64,000 bases of DNA from Camelus dromedarius (taxonomy: Eukaryota), in contig NC_087436.1 of the NCBI RefSeq assembly GCF_036321535.1, positions 116,190,001-116,254,000 of the forward strand. Direction: 5' to 3'. Both the position numbers and the translations under genes were made by a program. Within the stretch, counting starts at the first letter, position 1; each line of letters starts with the position of its first letter. This document shows positions 37,757 to 49,797 of this stretch, piece after piece. The notes below the pieces were generated by a model. It had not been told where the DNA came from, ran no database searches, and saw only the letters and a program-made list of their open reading frames with translations.

Positions 37757-38278
37757 TGTATTAGCTACCTGTTGCTGCATAACAGATTGTCCCCCCAGAT
37801 GTCTGTTTGGGCTCACAACAATAGGCAGGTATTTTCTCTCACCATTTCTGTGCACCAAGAATTCAGGATCAGCGTGGCTGAGTGGTTCTGGTTCAGGTTT
37901 CTCCTAAGGTTGTCAGATATTGGCCAGGTCTGTAGGAAGGCTTGACGAAGGCTGGGGATTTACCTCCAAGATGACTTCATCACATGACTGTCAAGTTGGC
38001 TCTGGCTGTTGGAGGGAGGCTTCAGGTATTTTTTTTCACGTGGGTGTCTCTGCAGGGCTGTCTGAATATGTCCTAGGACACAGTGGCTGGCTCTCTCCAG
38101 AGGGAGCAAATCAAAAGACTCAGGCAGAAGTGGTTAACTCTTTCATAGTCTCGTTCCAGAAATCACATACTGTTATCTCTGCTGTATTCCATTGATCGCG
38201 TAGATCAGTGTTGACTCAGTGTGGGTGGGCATTACACAAGGGCATCAATTTCCACAAATAGGATGTTAGAACCATCCC
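37757..38278 (-). mobile_element. MLT1F/G-type solo LTR
   Basis: tgtattagctacctgttgctgcataaca...gaattcagga.cagc.tggctg..tggttctggttcagg...tccaagatgact. Confidence 0.8.
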
Positions 38279-38347
38279 ACTTTTATACCCCTTGAGGAAA
38301 ACCTAGCCAATTGAAAGAACAGAGGTTCGTGAGAAGGGCCCTGGCTT

Positions 38348-38820
38348 TGTTGCAGAAAAACGTGTTACAGCTCAGTGTTACAGCTCAGTTGTGACAGCAA
38401 CCTGGATCCGGGCGAGAGACCAAGCAGCACTTGGAAAGTTGGAGAACTCAGGTTTATTACACCAGCAGACCCAGAGGAGGTAACACTCCAAGCTCTGGAC
38501 CCCATCTGTAGGTTTACACAGGCTTTTATATGCTGCCAGTTTACACTTTGCAACATCATATGTAAATAAGGTATAACAAAAGTTGACTAATTAGGAACAG
38601 ACTTTGTAGAAATGGACCAATCAGAGGGGAGAGAAATAACCAATCAGGAGTGAGGGAAATGGACCAATCAGGAGTGAGATTCACTTTCCTAGAAGTTAGC
38701 CGAATTCGAGGCAAAAAGTGAGATAAAGCCGCTGGGCCAGGGAACCTGCTGGTGCTGGCAGGAGAGTAGCGGCCCTGCCTGGGGGTCCTGCCGGTCTTTT
38801 TTATGGCGTTTCCCACCTCA
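38348..38820 (-). mobile_element. Young ERV1-type solo LTR (473 bp)
   Basis: TG...CA termini, perfect 4-bp TSD GCTT (38344-47 / 38821-24), minus-strand TATAAAAG (38523-30) and AATAAA (38453-58), three CCAAT repeats; interrupts a MIR. Confidence 0.85.
38523..38668 (-). promoter_or_regulatory. LTR U3 promoter: three CCAAT boxes upstream of TATA
   Basis: ccaatca at 38617, 38640 and 38664 (23-24 bp spacing); TATA box on the minus strand at 38523-38530; activity not shown. Confidence 0.5.
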
Positions 38821-38824
38821 GCTT

Positions 38825-38980
38825 GAACTCCATGTTCACGTCTTGTTAGTTGTGTGATATTAGGAATATTCCTTTATGCTCTGAGACTTGGTTTCTTTAT
38901 CTGTACAAGAAAAAATTTATCTCTAGCTCTTAAGAATTTTTGAGGATTAAAAATACAATATAGTGAAAGTACCTGATTGT
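38825..38980 (+). mobile_element. MIR (host of the solo LTR)
   Basis: tagttgtgtgatattagg...ctctgagacttggtttctttatctgta...tgaggattaaa. Confidence 0.65.
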
Positions 38981-39009
38981 GATGATGACGATAATTGCTT
39001 TTTTTTTTT

Positions 39010-39200
39010 TTTTAATATCCCTAACTACGTACCAAGCACCATGTTAAATGATTCCGATTCTCCCGTACTTTATTATATCGTTATAAACATTTTACCATCC
39101 AAGAAACTCTCCTGGGGATGTTGGCTAACTTGAAGTCACACAGCTAGTGCAATGGCAGAGTAAGAACTCACACACAACTGTTTTCATGACAAAGCTCCTC
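39010..39200 (-). mobile_element. MIR SINE
   Basis: ctacgtaccaagcac...aagtcacacagctagt...ggcagag. Confidence 0.55.
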
Positions 39201-40089
39201 CTCTTCACCGTCATAGGTTACAGACAACACACAGTTAAAAACATGCATCCAGGGCTGGTTCCCTCCTCTTGCTTGAGTGAAACTTTCCAGTGTTCTGCAT
39301 CCTACTTTAAAGTAATAGTAAATGCTTGTTTTTTCTCAGCCAGGTTCAACCCCATCTCACGAATCATCTAGAGTTTTCTAATGGAGTGGTGGTCAGGACC
39401 CCATTTTTCTAGGTTCACAGCAGCTCATCAAACATCACCCAGGGTCAACTGGAACTGCCTGTAGTAATGATAAAATCCATGCCTTCAATTTCTTAATTAA
39501 CGAAATACAATGAAGTCTGTAAATTGATCAAAGCAGGGTCTCATATAGAATTAATTAGGAAATTGTGGGGAAGGACTCAGTGATTCATTAAGACTTTATA
39601 AATCTTCCTGGGAATGTTATGAGAGCCCCAAATAAAGCACAGCTGTATTTAAAAAATTAATTTAGAATGTAATATTCACGTCAGCCTTTTTTGGGGGGGA
39701 GTAGGGAGCACAAAACATCCCAGCTTCAGGGCTCCCTCTGACATTCTGGGGTAACACTGTGCTTTGAAAAATGCCCAGTGGCAGTGTCATAGGTGGGCAG
39801 ATAGGAGCCTCTTATAAACTTCATTATCACCTTTCCCAGCAGATGCCTTCAAATATTGCTATTAACACTATCACCTTACATAAGCAGTGTCTTTTTTTTT
39901 TTCTGATCTTACAGAAAGTGTAAATAAAAGTATTCTTAGAAGACTTTGCAATGGTTCTGGCCTGTTACAAACTAATATGCAAAACCAGATGCTTAATGTG
40001 GCTCCAAGAAAAGTCCTATGGCTTTTCCACCTCAAGCCCATTATATGGAAATGCTGGGGCCCCCACTCTACTGGAACCAAGGGTTCCAG

Positions 40090-40460
40090 GGTTTCATTCA
40101 TTCATTCACGAAGTATCTATAGACCCATTGATTCAGGGCACTGCACTTGGCACTTGTGGAGGAACAATGCATAGGACACCCATCTTTACCTTCAAGGAGA
40201 ACACAGATGAGTAGAGACACGAACATGGGCGGGCAAGTTCAGAAAAGGGAGTTGATGTTAGGACCAGCAACCTTGTGCGCAGCAGTGGAGGCAGACCAAA
40301 AAATGTGATCATTTCTACCTGGGGGGCTAGACTCTTTATGGAGGCTTCAACACTTGAGCTGAGCTGTGATGAGGAAAGACAGTCACCAGGCAAACTTGAG
40401 GGAACAGCATGAACTTCAAGGACTCGGGGACAAGGCCACATTCAGTGCACTGAAGGGACT
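40090..40460 (-). mobile_element. L2 3' region
   Basis: ttcattcattcattca...ttcaaggag...ggaggcttc...cttgagctgag...gagggaacagcatg. Confidence 0.7.
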
Positions 40461-40582
40461 TTGGTCTACCATGGCTGGAGCACTTTATCTTTCTGTGTCC
40501 TGACACGTTAGAGGTGATAATTGTTCTGTAATAGCACTTCTGTTGCATTGGTTCAGCCAGAATCTTTCTGATAGTGAATTAA

Positions 40583-40641
40583 AAATGCAATTAGTAAAAA
40601 AAAAAAAAAAAAAAAAAAAAGGAAGAAAGAAATGCAATTAG
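40583..40641 (+). mobile_element. Poly(A)-only retroposed insertion with 12-bp TSD
   Basis: aaatgcaattag - t(A)25 ggaagaaag - aaatgcaattag, preceded by tt|aaaa. Confidence 0.75.
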
Positions 40642-41882
40642 CTATTTTACATTGTGTTCATATGTGCAAATTAAAGAGGAGACTTGATATAATTATGTAG
40701 AAAATAGAGGTTAATAAATACCAGGTTGGGCTGGAATTATTTGTATATTCCTGGAGAAGGGTGGTGTAGAATCTGCAGAACGGAGTAAGGGGAAGGAAGC
40801 TGCTGAGCTATTTATAATTGACTCCTCTGAACATAATGCTGAGAAGGTCATGTTATCCCCAGTTTCCAGATGGGGAATCAAGACCCAGAAAGTGAGGTCA
40901 GGTGTTGAAATTCACACAGCCAGTGCCTGAGCAGCCTGGATCACACCCAGCGTGGTCTGACTCGTAAGTTTGTGTTCCTTTCTTTTTCCCTCAGTTTTTA
41001 TAATTATTTGAGTTTTTCATAATTTCAGGGTATAGTGATAGCTAGATTCAAGTGCTAACATATGAAACTGTATTCCTTATTTTTTGTTTGTTTCAAGTAA
41101 TTTAGCCAAAAGTATACTTCAACGATGTGACTGTCAATTAATGAAATTATTTTATATGCAGCTTTAAAGAATATTTGATTTTCACAATCTTAGCTTTTGT
41201 AGGAAAAAAACAACCAATTAACTCAAAGCATGAAATTAAGCCAGCTTACACTTACCCTTCAAAATTGGAAACTATCAAAATTTGCAATAAGGAATACGGA
41301 GTAAATTACGCTATCTGATCCTTTTGGTGAATTAGCAGCAAATGACAATATTGTGTTCAAATATACACAAAGATTTTATAAAATATAGACAGGAAAAAAT
41401 GAACGATTTTGCACTGCATGCATTTTTAACATTTTATATAATAGGCAAATAATTTAATAGGAAATTACACTTTATTATTATTTTAATTGAGCAGATGGAA
41501 TATAAAGACTCCATGTCAATTTTACATTCCTTTGAAATAAGGTCCTGTTGCTTTAAGAACAAAATACAATAACTACTCTAAATAAGAATATCAATGCATG
41601 ATTAATTAGCCCTCCAGTTTATACAAGCAAGGTGAATAAATTCCAGGATACTTGTAGTAAGAACAACAAAGCAGATGTCGGAATGAGCCCCAAGGCCAGC
41701 AATTACTCCCAGACACCTCTGATTTTCAGCCACGGTTTCTCCACTTACTTTTGTCACTTTTTCTTTGCCTTTTTTGCTTCATCCTTTTTTGCACAAACTT
41801 GTGCTTTGCTGCATCTGCTGTGATTCACCCTGTTCTATTTAAGCAGCACACATCTTGTCTCTATGAACCAGAGTTTTACCAG

Positions 41883-42149
41883 TTTTTTTTTTTTTATTGA
41901 AATAGAGTCAGTTTACAACATTGTGTCAATTTCTGGTGTACAGCACAAGGTTTCAGTCATACACGAACATACATATATTTGTTTTCATACTCTTTTTCAC
42001 CGTAAGCTATTACAGGATATCAGATATAGTTCCCTATTCTATACAGTATAAACTTGTTTATTCAAGTAAGCCCAAAAGAGAAAGAAAAATACCATATGGT
42101 ATCACTCTTATGTGGAATCTTAAAAAAAAAGAAGACAAATAAACTTTTA
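41883..42149 (-). mobile_element. Young L1 3' end with 5' inversion (minus 41883-42062, plus 42063-42149)
   Basis: Poly-T and reverse 3'UTR, then sense aagtaagcc..aaagagaaagaaaaataccatatg.tatcact..tatgtggaatct; TSD-like accagttttt / atcagtttgtt. Confidence 0.9.
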
Positions 42150-42679
42150 TATCAGTTTGTTTTTTAATAATTAATCAGGGCCTCCCAGGTGAAAGATACA
42201 AATGCCACATTTTCAAAAGAGACGTTATTGCTGGAAGAAACTGTCCCAGGCCGGAACGCATTTGATGCTTGAGATGATTTGGGACAGAGGGAAAACTCAC
42301 ATAGTTTAAGCAACTCAGTTTCCTGGAGGGCTGCTTGGTCCAAGGCAGGACAGTGTCCTGAGGGGAAGGACGCTTCTCTGACGGCTGGGCACAGTTCTGC
42401 CTTCTACTAGCTGTGAAACGTTGGTCACTTAACCCTCTGACTCCCAACTTTCTCTTCTTTTAAGACAAAAGACAATCTGTGATCTTCCTTCCAGTTCTGA
42501 TCTTTCTTCCAGACCTGACCCCTCCTTACCTGAATCACTTTTCTCCATTAATTTGTTGAACAGATATCACTGGAGCACATATTTATATGACACCCCAGGT
42601 TCAGAGAATCAGAATCCCTTTGTAGTTCTGCCCGTAAACAGCTAAGTCAGAAAATAATGCATTTCTACAGGTTTTTATT

Positions 42680-42805
42680 CTATTTACTTAGAAAATATAT
42701 CATGTCTGCTAGGTGTCAGACACTGTTCCAAGCATTTTACAGACAACTTATACTCTCCATTTTACAAATAAGGAAACTGAGGCACAGGGGGGTTCAGTAA
42801 CCAAA
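42680..42805 (-). mobile_element. MIR, continuing at ~43206-43260 after the MLT1 insertion
   Basis: ctccattttacaaataaggaaactgaggcacag...agtaac | ccgaagtcac..gactag. Confidence 0.7.
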
Positions 42806-43207
42806 GGCTATGAGATGAATTGTGCCTCCCCCCAAATTCACGTGTTGAAGCCTGAACCCCAGGACCTCAGAATGTGACAGCACTGAGGGAGGGCCTTCAA
42901 CATACTGACGAGGTGAACGTGAGACTGTGAGGGTCCTAATTCAGTACGACTGACGTCGTTAGAAGAACAAGGTATTCGGACACACGAAGAGATGCTAGAC
43001 ATATAGGCAAACAGGGACCAGACCATACGAGGACACAGGGAGAAGGGTCACGTGCAAGCCGAGGAGAGAGGCGGCAGAGGAAACCAAACCTGCCGACACC
43101 TGGATCTTGCACTTCCAGCCTCTAGAGCTTGCGGGAAAATACATTTCTGTTGTTTAAGCTGGCCAGTCTCTGGCACTTCGCTACAGCTGCCCTGGAAGTC
43201 TAACCCA
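42806..43207 (+). mobile_element. MLT1A/B-type solo LTR
   Basis: gctatg..atgaattgtgcctccccccaaattcacgtgttgaag...gaaaccaaacctgccgacacct.gatctt..acttccagcct. Confidence 0.88.
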
Positions 43208-43369
43208 CCCACCCGAAGTCACGTGACTAGCACGTGTTGGAGCTTGGATTCATTTAACCACAGTGTTACGCTCTTTCTCAAAGATACAAACCCGCCTTCC
43301 CCTATTACTCAAACATGGCATAGTAGGAAGAGCCGATTTTCAGGATGGAGGACATCCAGGAGCTGATTA

Positions 43370-43540
43370 CTTCCTGCCTGGGCAGTCGCTAGCTGTGTGA
43401 CCTTCGGCAAGAAACAGCAACTCTCTGAACTTCAGCTTTCTCTTCTGTAAAACTGAGATGCTGGTACCTACGTCGTGGGATTGTTAGGTGATTAGACGTC
43501 ACAGTATCTGTGCAAAGTGCCTGCTAGGGTATGTGGAACT
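43370..43540 (+). mobile_element. MIR SINE
   Basis: ctagctgtgtgaccttcggcaag...tctctgaacttcagctttctcttctgtaaaa. Confidence 0.75.
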
Positions 43541-43669
43541 TACAGACGACTCGGACGTGACTCTCTTTCCCTTCCTTGACATAATGGGTGTGGTGTGGAG
43601 GTGTGAAAATTGCAAGGGAAGGTCTACAAAAGGCATTGATAATAACACCTGCCTTAACCTGCACGCCTT

Positions 43670-43860
43670 CTACCTGCCTGCACATTGCATACACCGTCTT
43701 CAATCCTGTGAGAACGTCCAGGGCGATTTGTGTAACTCTTCCCCTTTTAAAGATGAAAAAATGGAAGCTCGGAGAGGTTCAATAACTCCCTAAGGTCATA
43801 GAAAGTCCCTGACAGAGGGAGGGTTGGCCCATGGTGATTCTGATGCCAAAGCCTGAGTTC
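43670..43860 (-). mobile_element. MIR SINE
   Basis: ccccttttaaagatgaaaaaatggaagctcggagaggtt...cctaaggtca. Confidence 0.65.
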
Positions 43861-44699
43861 TTGACAGAATTTTATTTCCTGTTAGACTCCTTGCTAACAG
43901 TTTCCCAATCAACCCTTGAGCCTCTAGGGGGCAGGGGCTATATTTATTTTGCATGTGTGACCCTCATTCCAACCAGCGTTATGGATGCCATATGCACAAA
44001 GTCCATTCATATTTGAATGGCTGAGTGACTAAACACACCAAAGATGCTGGGTGTGCCCACCTCTGACCCTGCTGGCTTCCTCAGGTGGGTGAGGGGCTGG
44101 CCATGGACCATCTGGAATGGATATGGCCTCCACATTAGGAAACAGGACACAAAAACTACAGTCCAGCAGGCATCTCCCCCAGCCAACAGGGGGTCTTTCT
44201 GCAGCTTCAAACGAAGCTGAAACTTGAAAATATTAATGCTGCCCCTGAGCCTCCCTGCCTGCTGAACCCTCCAGGGGACAATAAAACGGGAAACTTCCTG
44301 ACTCTCCCAGCCCCAACATCTCAACGCTTACTTTTTAACATTCAAGTCCTCTGGCCTCCAACCAGATCGATATAGTGTGATCTCTCCCAGAAAATCACTT
44401 CAAAATGATGTACCTTTGGCAAGGCACGCCACTGATCGGGTCCTCTGCAGATCAATGACGGCACCCTCTGGAGAGGGCCTCGTGTGGTTTCCTCATTACA
44501 GTCTAAGGATTGTGTGTCACGTGGCAACAGGGGTGCCCTTGAATGCTTAAGCAGGTGACTTTGGATCGAGGTCTTGGAAAGTAAGAACTTTGCAAGGGGT
44601 GGCAGGGAAGGCTGGGAACCACAGAAAGAGGGACCACCGGTGATGTGCAAACACATGCAGGGAGCAGACGAAGCAGCAGAAGCAAAACACGTCATTTAT

Positions 44700-44910
44700 G
44701 GGTTTGGTCACCTACCTGATGCCAGCTGTTGTGCAGGGAGATTTAGATCCTCCCCAAAATACCGGAAGGCAGCTATTTTTATCTCCACCGTATAGAAGGA
44801 AAATCTGAGGCTCGGGGAGTCCACGTAGTTCTCCAGAAGTGACATAGCTGTAGGTTGATGGAGAGTTTGAATGTTGAATTGGCTGCTCTGAAGTTCACTC
44901 TTTCTAGAAG
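44700..44910 (-). mobile_element. MIR SINE
   Basis: tttatctccac..tatagaaggaaaatctgaggctc...gtgacatagct. Confidence 0.55.
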
Positions 44911-46040
44911 GATGGACACCATATAAGGGCTGGCCTCCTTCACCCTCAGGCTCCATCCTCAACACTTGTTTACAGGAAAGGAGTCTTATTTGTCTGTTTG
45001 TTTACCTTTCAAGTGATGGTTTTAGAACTTAATGAGTGGGATGGTCAGGAGTTGCAGGCAGAGGGTTAGAGAGATTTTATTCCACGAGAAGTGGTGTTCC
45101 CTCTGTCCTCTGTTTGGGGTACGTGGAGATGCAGACTGCTTCTAAGAGGCTAAGAGAGGAGAATTTCAGGTAGTTAGGTGAATCTTAGGAAGAACTGCCA
45201 TATTAAATATTGCCTCTGAGAGCTGAGTATATCTCCTTCCAGTAGGAATGTATTATTTCATATATTCATTCTTCCCTCACCATCTAGGTACATAATACTT
45301 TCTGGGCATCACACGTTGTGCTGGTCCTTGGGGCACTAAACTGACAAGTTATCCTCCTGTTCCGTCCCTGGGGGACTCACCCTCATGTCTAGGGAAGCAG
45401 GGCAGGCAGGCAAAGGAGTTGACAAAGATGAGAATGTCGGAGAAGGCTAGAGAGAGGAGCAAGCGACAATGTCCTAGGTGGAGCTGCAGGGAGAAGAAGG
45501 AGCCCGTGATGGAACGTTCCTGAAGTTCCCAGAGGGAGAGGTGCACTGCCTGCCATCCGGATTCAGAGCTGGGCCAACAGCTGGGCAGCAGCCTGAGGAC
45601 CTGGAGCAAAGTGGGTCCAGCCTGGGTACGTGAAAGATAAAATGTCACCCGGAGTGTGGCTTCCTGTCTCAGAAACCACCTTGTGCTTTCTTTCTTTGAA
45701 GCTATTGGCTTCCCATGAACAAGAAAGTTCACACTTGCCAGAGTGGGCATCCCTCTGCTAAGGTGTGGGGCCAGGTTAGAATGTGTGGGTTCCAATCAAT
45801 TCTATTCGATGTAACTCCTGAAAATCAGCACCAATTCATCTTAAAGCAATTTTTATTGAGCACCTACTAGGACAGGCAGGTATCCACAGAGATCCTTGCA
45901 CTTAGGAGGCCTTTGAGAATGTATATCCCATCTTAGATGGATGGACTTCATCTCCCCCTAAGTTCCTCCCTCGGGCTCTCCAACCCCTGTGGCTCTGACT
46001 GCCTTTCCCTCCCTCGATCTGTACTTCTCTCTTTCTCTCT

Positions 46041-46041
<1 letters not shown>

Positions 46042-46071
<30 letters not shown>
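46042..46071. repeat. (CA)n microsatellite
   Basis: About 15 perfect units. Confidence 0.95.
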
Positions 46072-46073
<2 letters not shown>

Positions 46074-46404
46074 CGCTTTGTTTCTTCTTCCCTCTGGCCT
46101 CTTGGTTTCTCACTTTCTTTACCTTCATTATCTCTAAGTGCAGAGCGATGCTGTCCTGGAACCATTCCACTGTGTCTGTAAAGATCCCGGTGCCAGGCAG
46201 CTGTCACAGCTCATCTCTGATCACAACACAGGAGAAGCAGTCCTGGGCCCGTGCACAGGGAGTTAACGTTTATGAGAGAATTCTGCCATGCGCTTCAGTC
46301 CTCTCCATTAGTTCTTGCCACACCCTGAAGGGAGGGACACAATGACCCTCCCGTGTTGACTGAGGACCCTCCGAGCAGGGATGTAATGAATGAAGTTGAT
46401 GCAC

Positions 46405-46680
46405 ATAAGGACCACCTGGAACTCTGTTAAAAATCCAGTTTTCAGGTCTCTCTTACAGGAATTCTGATTCAGGAGAGAGCAGGAATCTATATTTCACTAA
46501 CTCCTCCTGTGATTCTGATGACAGGGACCACCACTTGGAAAAAAGAAGTGCTCCACAGCAATAGACCTTGGTGAAAGGGGACTTTGGATTCAGCAGGTTT
46601 GGGGTGGGGCCTGAGATTTTGCATTTCTAACGGGGCCCAGGTGATGCCTGGGGAGCTCTGGTCCAGGGGCCACCCTGGGC
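46405..46680 (+). mobile_element. Two MER5-family hAT-Charlie fragments in tandem
   Basis: tgttaaaaat.cag...attctgattcag...caggaatct.tattt...gtgattctgatg; second copy gattcagcaggtttggggtggggcctgagattttgcatttctaac...ccaggtgatgc. Confidence 0.75.
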
Positions 46681-48129
46681 ATAGGAGGGGTCTGTACACG
46701 TCTTTATTGTTTTCCTACATTTTGCAGATCTGGAAATCATGGAGGTAAAGCCACTTCTTTAAATGTGCAGAACTAGTAGGTGACAGAGCTGGACTCTGCT
46801 TGGACACGCTGTTTTACTATCACAAACGTAGACTCCCCGTGGGACAACCAGGACATGGAAAGAATCAGCCCTTTGGCATTTAGATCATGTGAGAGACACA
46901 AGATGAGTTGGAAATCGAGTTTTGAGGTCTTCTGACAGTTCTGCGTCCTCTGCTCTTTCCACTGGACCAGCCAGCCCCGCTGGGTGCACACCATTGCTTG
47001 CCGACCACTGCCTTGCTCTGCCCAGAACTGGTCACCATCTCTCTCCGCAGGGACCCCAGGGTCAGAGAAAGCTTATGGCCAAAAGAATCCTATGGGCCTG
47101 AATTGTAATATAGGTTCTGCCAATTCAAGTCCTACTGGTTTGACATGAATCTTACTAATGAGGAAGTTTTAGTTCATTTCCTTGCATTTCGGTTTCCTTT
47201 CCAGAAGGTCATTTTCTGCCTTTCAGAAGAGCTACCGCAGGGTGGGTGTCAGGGAACCCTTAGATCTTACTTCTATGGAGGTGAGGACAGGGGGTGTTGC
47301 CCAAGATGATTACAGAGCATCCCATGACCCAAGTCTTCTGCTTTGCTTTGCCTCCTGCCCAGCCCGTGTCATTGATGAGCTCTTGCAGTGCAGTGACCGT
47401 GAGGATTAATAGCTGCAAAAGCATTTAGAAAGGCAACAGCACACGGGAAAGCAGGTCCTGGGGTAAAGGCAGCACCACTTCCGTCCTTGTTGCTAACATG
47501 GCTCCTCTGCACCTCATACGTGGTACCTGGCACTCAGCTTAAGAGAAGCCCACTGCTGGAGGGCGTGGAGCAGCCCTAGAATGAGGTGAAGAAACATTCC
47601 ATGACTTCAGGACCTGTCTCCACTGAACTTCTGGGCAAAGGATGAACCGTGCTTGGGGACGTGTGTTACTGTTCAGACACCTGACTGTTAGAATTTGGCC
47701 TCTTTCCAGACGTGCTGAAGACTTGCTTCTTTCTGTTCAGATCTGCCCTGTCAGCTCTCCTCGCGGCCGGTGGCCCTGCCTGGAGCTCGGTCCCCAAAGT
47801 GCAGCTTCCCTGCCCTGTTCCCAAGGGGCGCTTTCCTCTCTTCGATCTCTTCCTAGGCAATCCTCTGGCCCAGGCAAGGATGTTGCCCTGTCCCCCGTCC
47901 CAACCTGTGACACACCTGCAAGCCATCTCTCCAGATACAAGGCATGGAGGAGGCTAAGTAGGGAATTACCCTGCAATCTCCTGTGATCTAACATATGCCC
48001 GTTGGGGAGTGGTGCTCAGTCCTCTGGATGCTCTCGGGTTTCTCAGATGCAAAGTATGGATGATCACACCAATCCAGTAAGGTAATCGTGGTGATCAAAC
48101 TATAATTAAAATAATAACTTTGGCTACTG

Positions 48130-48269
48130 TTTTTTATCTTTTTAAGAGGAGTAGGTAATTAGATTGATTGATTGTTTTGCTTTTTTTTTTTTTAACAGAG
48201 GTACCAGGGATTGAACCCAGGACCTTGTGCGTGCTAAACACACCTTCTTCCACGGAGCTATACCGTCCC
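48130..48269 (-). mobile_element. tRNA-derived camelid-type SINE (Vic-1-like)
   Basis: Reverse complement gg..ggtatagctc.gtgg...ttagcac.cacaaggtcctgggttcaatccctggtacctc with A/B boxes, then taattacct and A-rich tail; TSD actttggctactg / actgtgggtactg. Confidence 0.88.
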
Positions 48270-48799
48270 ACTGTGGGTACTGGGTGCGCAGGTGCGGCGT
48301 TAAATGTCTTTGAGATTCTCTCCTTGAATCCTAGGAGATATGTCCCATTACTTACAGATGGGGAAACTAAGGCCTTGGGGGTTAAATAACTCTACATGTG
48401 TGTCAGCGATCACCTTTGCCCGCATTTCTCAGGCCATCGCTCTCATTGTACACAGAACAAAAACAAAAGCCCTGCTCCTTAGTGCAGCTTTTTACGAGTC
48501 CATACACGGTGCCGACCTAGGCACCGCTCATCTGTCCGACCTTGGCTCTCGACACTTCTCCCTGCTGCTTGGGCCGTGCTGTTCCCACGGCTTGGGACAC
48601 TGGCTGGTTGTCCCTCGCCCTCCGCTCTCACCTCTGCCCTGGTTACTCATCCTTCAGGGACTGCAGTGGCCTCCTTTCACTTTTTTTTTTTTTTTTTTTT
48701 TGAGGTGGGGAAGCCTTCACATGGTGCTTATGCATGGAATTCCACCCTGACAGAGCGAGTGCTTTTGGCAATGAATTCATGCCCGTTTCCTTGTCTGCC

Positions 48800-48903
48800 T
48801 CCTCCTAGATGGTGAGCTTCATGAGGGCAGGGTCTGCAACTACTGTTTGCCATTTTATTCCCCGTACCTAGTGGGCACTTGCTAAATGCTGGAGTGAGTG
48901 AAT
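48800..48903 (+). mobile_element. L2 3' end
   Basis: ctagatggtgagcttcatgagggcaggg...tattcccc.tacctag. Confidence 0.7.
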
Positions 48904-49499
48904 CCGCCTTTGCTCTTCCTCCTGACCTTGCTCCTGGAGTCTGAGGTTAGACCTCTCTCGAGCCACGTGCTGTGACAACACGACTTATATGTGTTTACAC
49001 TGGGTGCTTTTCTGGAAGCCGGGATCCTACTCATCCTAGCCACTTCCTCCCACGATGTCACGAAACTGGTGCTCCATGAATAGATGCTTATAATTGAATT
49101 GAAGAGAATATTACACTTGAAGGGATTATTTAGCATCCCTGAGTGTAAGTACCTCTGCTCACAGATAGGGGAGCAGGGACAGAAGTTTGTTGAGTTGATT
49201 AGTGTGTTTATACAACTTTGGTAAACACACTGACACGCACGTGGGGAGAGAGAGAGAGAACATCGTAGGCTCTGGTGTCAGACGGGACACATTTCTGGGT
49301 CTGCATTCTGATTCTATCACAAACTAGTTTCATTGCCTTGCAGAATTTTTTTTTTTTTTTCACTTCACTGAGTCTCAATGTTGCCATCTCAAAACGTGGG
49401 CTCATAAGAAGCAACACACCAGGATGCTGTGGGAATTCCACACTGAGAACGTCACTTGAGAGACAGCTCCTGGGAGTCCTTAAAGCCTGCAGCACAGTG

Positions 49500-49695
49500 C
49501 GGGCTCTGCCCGCTCATCAGCCTGGCTGGGCTCAAGTCCCTGCCTGCTCTGCCCCTCACTAACTGGATGATCTCGGACAAGTTCCTGAACCTCCCTGGGC
49601 CTCAACTTTCTCATCTGTAAAATGGGGATTATTATAGTCATACCTACTTCGTATGATTATTATGAAAATGAAAGATCTAGTTATCAAAAGTGCTC
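49500..49695 (+). mobile_element. MIR SINE
   Basis: ctctgcccctcactaactg...ggacaagttcctgaacctc...ttctcatctgtaaaatggggat. Confidence 0.8.
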
Positions 49696-49797
49696 TCTCT
49701 CTGTGTCTCTCTCTCAGGAGAAGTAAACAGGACTTTCCATATCAGAACACTCAGCAGATGTTGGCTGCTGCTGGGAAAAGGAAGGGGCTTCTGGACT

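Noticed and set aside
38610..38680. Regularly spaced short repeats resembling a CRISPR-like array
   Set aside because: These are tandem CCAAT enhancer repeats in an LTR U3; mammalian DNA, no unique spacers, no cas genes.
48195..48269. tRNA-like sequence (also 49895-49967 and 55820-55887)
   Set aside because: SINE heads with A-rich tails and TSDs; stems are degenerate, so not tRNA genes.
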